Shown one piece after another: positions 61,710 to 64,000 of a stretch of 64,000 nucleotides of DNA. Below the pieces are notes generated by a model, which saw only the letters and a program-made list of their open reading frames with translations, ran no database searches and was not told the origin of the DNA. Both the position numbers and the translations under genes were made by a program. Every line of letters begins with the position of its first letter. The stretch's first letter is position 1. The stretch lies in sequence record SRR22947727_4282. One strand, 5' to 3'.

Positions 61710-63830
61710 TTAAATTCCACAATTTGACCGGTCGGAAAGGCTTCTGCCGCCTGTGCTAAACCCTTTTAATCCGATCGTCATTTCAAATCTTGTTGATGGT
61801 GGCGATGAGCCGATATCTGTGAACCGGCGATGAACCGCGAAATCAAAGCTGGCACATTCGTTATTATAGGAGAAATTGATGCCGGCAGTGGCGGTTCTTT
61901 CCGCCACTAGATCGTAACGCATCGTATTTGCAATCACCCAGTTTGAATTGGCTTTAAAGTTGGAAGACACGGTCCATTCCGAAAGGTTTTTATTGGTATC
62001 ACCATCTAAAGCCTTGGGCATCATGACATATCCTGCGGCAAGCTCAAATCGTTTTGAACGCAGGCTGACCAAGCCCTCGGCATGTGATGAGCGACCATTT
62101 GGAGTTAGCAAGGTCCGGCCTAAAACCGACAACCCGCCTTGCGTTTCAATTTCGGCGCCGATCAAAAGGTCTGATGTTTGCGATTGCAATCCTGAGCTTT
62201 CTGAAAAATCAGGCTCGTTCTTCTCGCGATAGATTTGTCCAATAGCGGCAGATAATTTGGCATTATCGTGGGTTTGCGATGCAAATTTAAGACCTGTTGC
62301 CGCCCTCAAACCAACCTCCCGGCGGTCTGGCGCTGGAAAACGGGACAGTTCAAACAGATTTGCCTCATCGAATTCTGCATAAAGGCTTTCTTCATTTGGC
62401 AAAGAAAAATTTCTTTGTGAGGCATATTCAAATTGCACAACCGGCTCAATCATTATGCGCCGGTTTGAGCTATTTTTGGCCAGTAAGGGCCAAGCCAATG
62501 ATATGGCGCCTGCCCCTGAAAAAGCAGATTGAGACCGGTTATAATTCGTGTCTTGCGCAATCACAAATAGATCAGTGAAAGCCTGGGCCTTAAGGCCAAT
62601 TTGTGCACCATTTGAAAACCTGTAAAGATCCCCCCATTGCAAGGTGCCATTCACACGGCTTAGATCGCGCCCGATCTCGTTGATATTAGATTGACGGTGA
62701 CTGCCATGGATATCTAAGCCGATCTTAACATCTCCACCAATAAAAGGTTTTGCAAACCGATGTTCAAATTTGTTACTGGCCACAAAAGAAGGGGCGGTTC
62801 GATTGCCTCCATAAAGAGAGGTATAATGGCGTATGCTCACGTCATTATACTGACGTCGGGTTGTTTGACTCAGCCGTAGGTTGGATTCGAGAAGGTCCTT
62901 CTCTACATATTCATAATCTCCTAAATAACTGAAATCGCTTACGGTTTCTGCCTTGAATTTTAAAGTATAATGCGATGGAAGTTCAGCACTGCCATTTGCA
63001 AACATGTATCCGCGCCATTTGTCTTGGGTTAACCCATCTTTAGAAATCGTGCCTGACGCTTGAAAATCGCCCGCAGCATAGGCTTGACGATAATCCACTT
63101 CGATTGTTTTGGTCACAGGCGATGCATAAGGTGTTAAGGTTACATCGCGGCTTTCGCCAATAGGTATGAAATAAGGCAATTTAAGGCCGTAACCAAGCCG
63201 TGTTGTTGTTTGACTTCGCGGAACAAGAAAGCCTTGCATGCGCTTCACGCCAGGATCTGGAAGGCGTAAATATGGCGTGTAAAAGACTGGAAAATCAAAG
63301 ACATGCAACGTAGCATTTTCAAAAAAGACTTGCCGTTTCACGTTGTCATGATGCATCGTTTTCGCGCGTATTTGCCATAGGGGCGGGTTTTGATTGCAGC
63401 TGTAACAAGAGGTTGCCCGGACCTTGTTCAGTTGCATGAAGCGCGCCTGCGAGCGTTCTAGCGACTTTGCATTAATGCGAAGCTGTTGCTTCAAAACAAG
63501 CCTTGCAGCTTGGAACAGGCCAGCCTTTAAATCGCCATCTATATTCGCCGTTTTGGCTTTTATTTCGTTGCCATCAGTATCTAGAAACTGGATCGGCCCT
63601 GTTATTTCTAATTTATTAAGTGCCTTGTCGTATATAATCTGATTGGCGGTCAATATCCTATCTTGGTGCGAAACATAAACCGACCCGCTGGCCACCAAAC
63701 GCTGGTCTTCGTCAATAAACAGCTGATCAGCGATCAATGTTGCTGGCCCGCTTGCGGCAAGACATTGACTTGCTAAAAAGAGGCTAAAGCTTAAAGCTTT
63801 TAGGAGCACGTGCGCTATCAGGGTTTTCAC
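61710..63830 (-). CDS. lptD: LPS-assembly protein LptD
   Basis: Signal peptide, TSC..C...P.W.I.A, PVFYTPY..PD...R..GFL.P, LPYF, Y.NEC; upstream of surA. Confidence 0.92.
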   Translation of the reverse strand: MKTLIAHVLLKALSFSLFLASQCLAASGPATLIADQLFIDEDQRLVASGSVYVSHQDRILTANQIIYDKALNKLEITGPIQFLDTDGNEIKAKTANIDGDLKAGLFQAARLVLKQQLRINAKSLERSQARFMQLNKVRATSCYSCNQNPPLWQIRAKTMHHDNVKRQVFFENATLHVFDFPVFYTPYLRLPDPGVKRMQGFLVPRSQTTTRLGYGLKLPYFIPIGESRDVTLTPYASPVTKTIEVDYRQAYAAGDFQASGTISKDGLTQDKWRGYMFANGSAELPSHYTLKFKAETVSDFSYLGDYEYVEKDLLESNLRLSQTTRRQYNDVSIRHYTSLYGGNRTAPSFVASNKFEHRFAKPFIGGDVKIGLDIHGSHRQSNINEIGRDLSRVNGTLQWGDLYRFSNGAQIGLKAQAFTDLFVIAQDTNYNRSQSAFSGAGAISLAWPLLAKNSSNRRIMIEPVVQFEYASQRNFSLPNEESLYAEFDEANLFELSRFPAPDRREVGLRAATGLKFASQTHDNAKLSAAIGQIYREKNEPDFSESSGLQSQTSDLLIGAEIETQGGLSVLGRTLLTPNGRSSHAEGLVSLRSKRFELAAGYVMMPKALDGDTNKNLSEWTVSSNFKANSNWVIANTMRYDLVAERTATAGINFSYNNECASFDFAVHRRFTDIGSSPPSTRFEMTIGLKGFSTGGRSLSDRSNCGI

Positions 63831-64000
63831 GCAGCATCCTCCATCTGCAACATCAACCCAAAGGCAAGCGCAAGGGCTGCAATGGGCGGCGACCAGGCCG
63901 ATAAAAAAATTGGCAATTGTCCATTTTCACCCAATATCTGAACAAAATTACGAATGAAATGCAGCCCAAAGCCTAGCAATATAGCGCTTAAAATTGACAG
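63827..64000 (-). CDS. lptG: LPS export permease LptG, C-terminal 57 residues (truncated by the window)
   Basis: Not in the ORF track. Manual translation LSILSAILLGFGLHFIRNFVQILGENGQLPIFLSAWSPPIAALALAFGLMLQMEDAA*; GTGA overlap with lptD. Confidence 0.85.
   Translation of the reverse strand: MSILSAILLGFGLHFIRNFVQILGENGQLPIFLSAWSPPIAALALAFGLMLQMEDAA

Overview
This is a gene-dense core-chromosome segment of about 50% GC from an alphaproteobacterium. Gene content and order point to the Roseobacter group (Rhodobacterales), probably a streamlined pelagic lineage; that assignment is an inference. About 62 CDS are supported, in this order: prfC (partial), SDR, ABC ATPase, tatABC-DUF815, surE-pcm-nlpD, alr-mlaEF-radA-cvpA-purF, pyrC-pyrE-dnaB, a CoxD/CoxE/XdhC/molybdopterin maturation module, infC, cysG-DUF2849-cysI-DUF934-fpr with a divergent Lrp regulator, cytochrome P450, dctPQM, tpiA, a 2OG-Fe(II) oxygenase, Fe-S carrier genes, bpt/ate, glnE, edd-eda, an rRNA-type methyltransferase plus PIN protein, eno, fur, a DEAD-box helicase, selO, nucleoside hydrolase, mazG, an amidohydrolase, speB, prfA-prmC, DUF4167 and lptG(partial)-lptD-surA-pdxA-rsmA. 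I saw no rRNA, tRNA, CRISPR array, transposase, integrase or prophage, and I cannot support a new multi-gene system here. The best signals are non-coding or gene-loss features: (1) a sulfite-reductase operon with no cysH and a possible deletion scar; (2) a (TTAGGC)5 telomere-like repeat that reads as stacked in-frame stop codons after mazG, followed by a 68-nt hairpin upstream of the nucleoside hydrolase; (3) five genes with promoter motifs placed as for leaderless mRNAs; (4) an AUA start for infC; (5) structured leaders before the DEAD-box helicase and in the P450/dctP spacer; (6) a DnaA box, a LacI-type operator and an IscR-like site. All product calls come from recognising motifs by eye, not from database searches.
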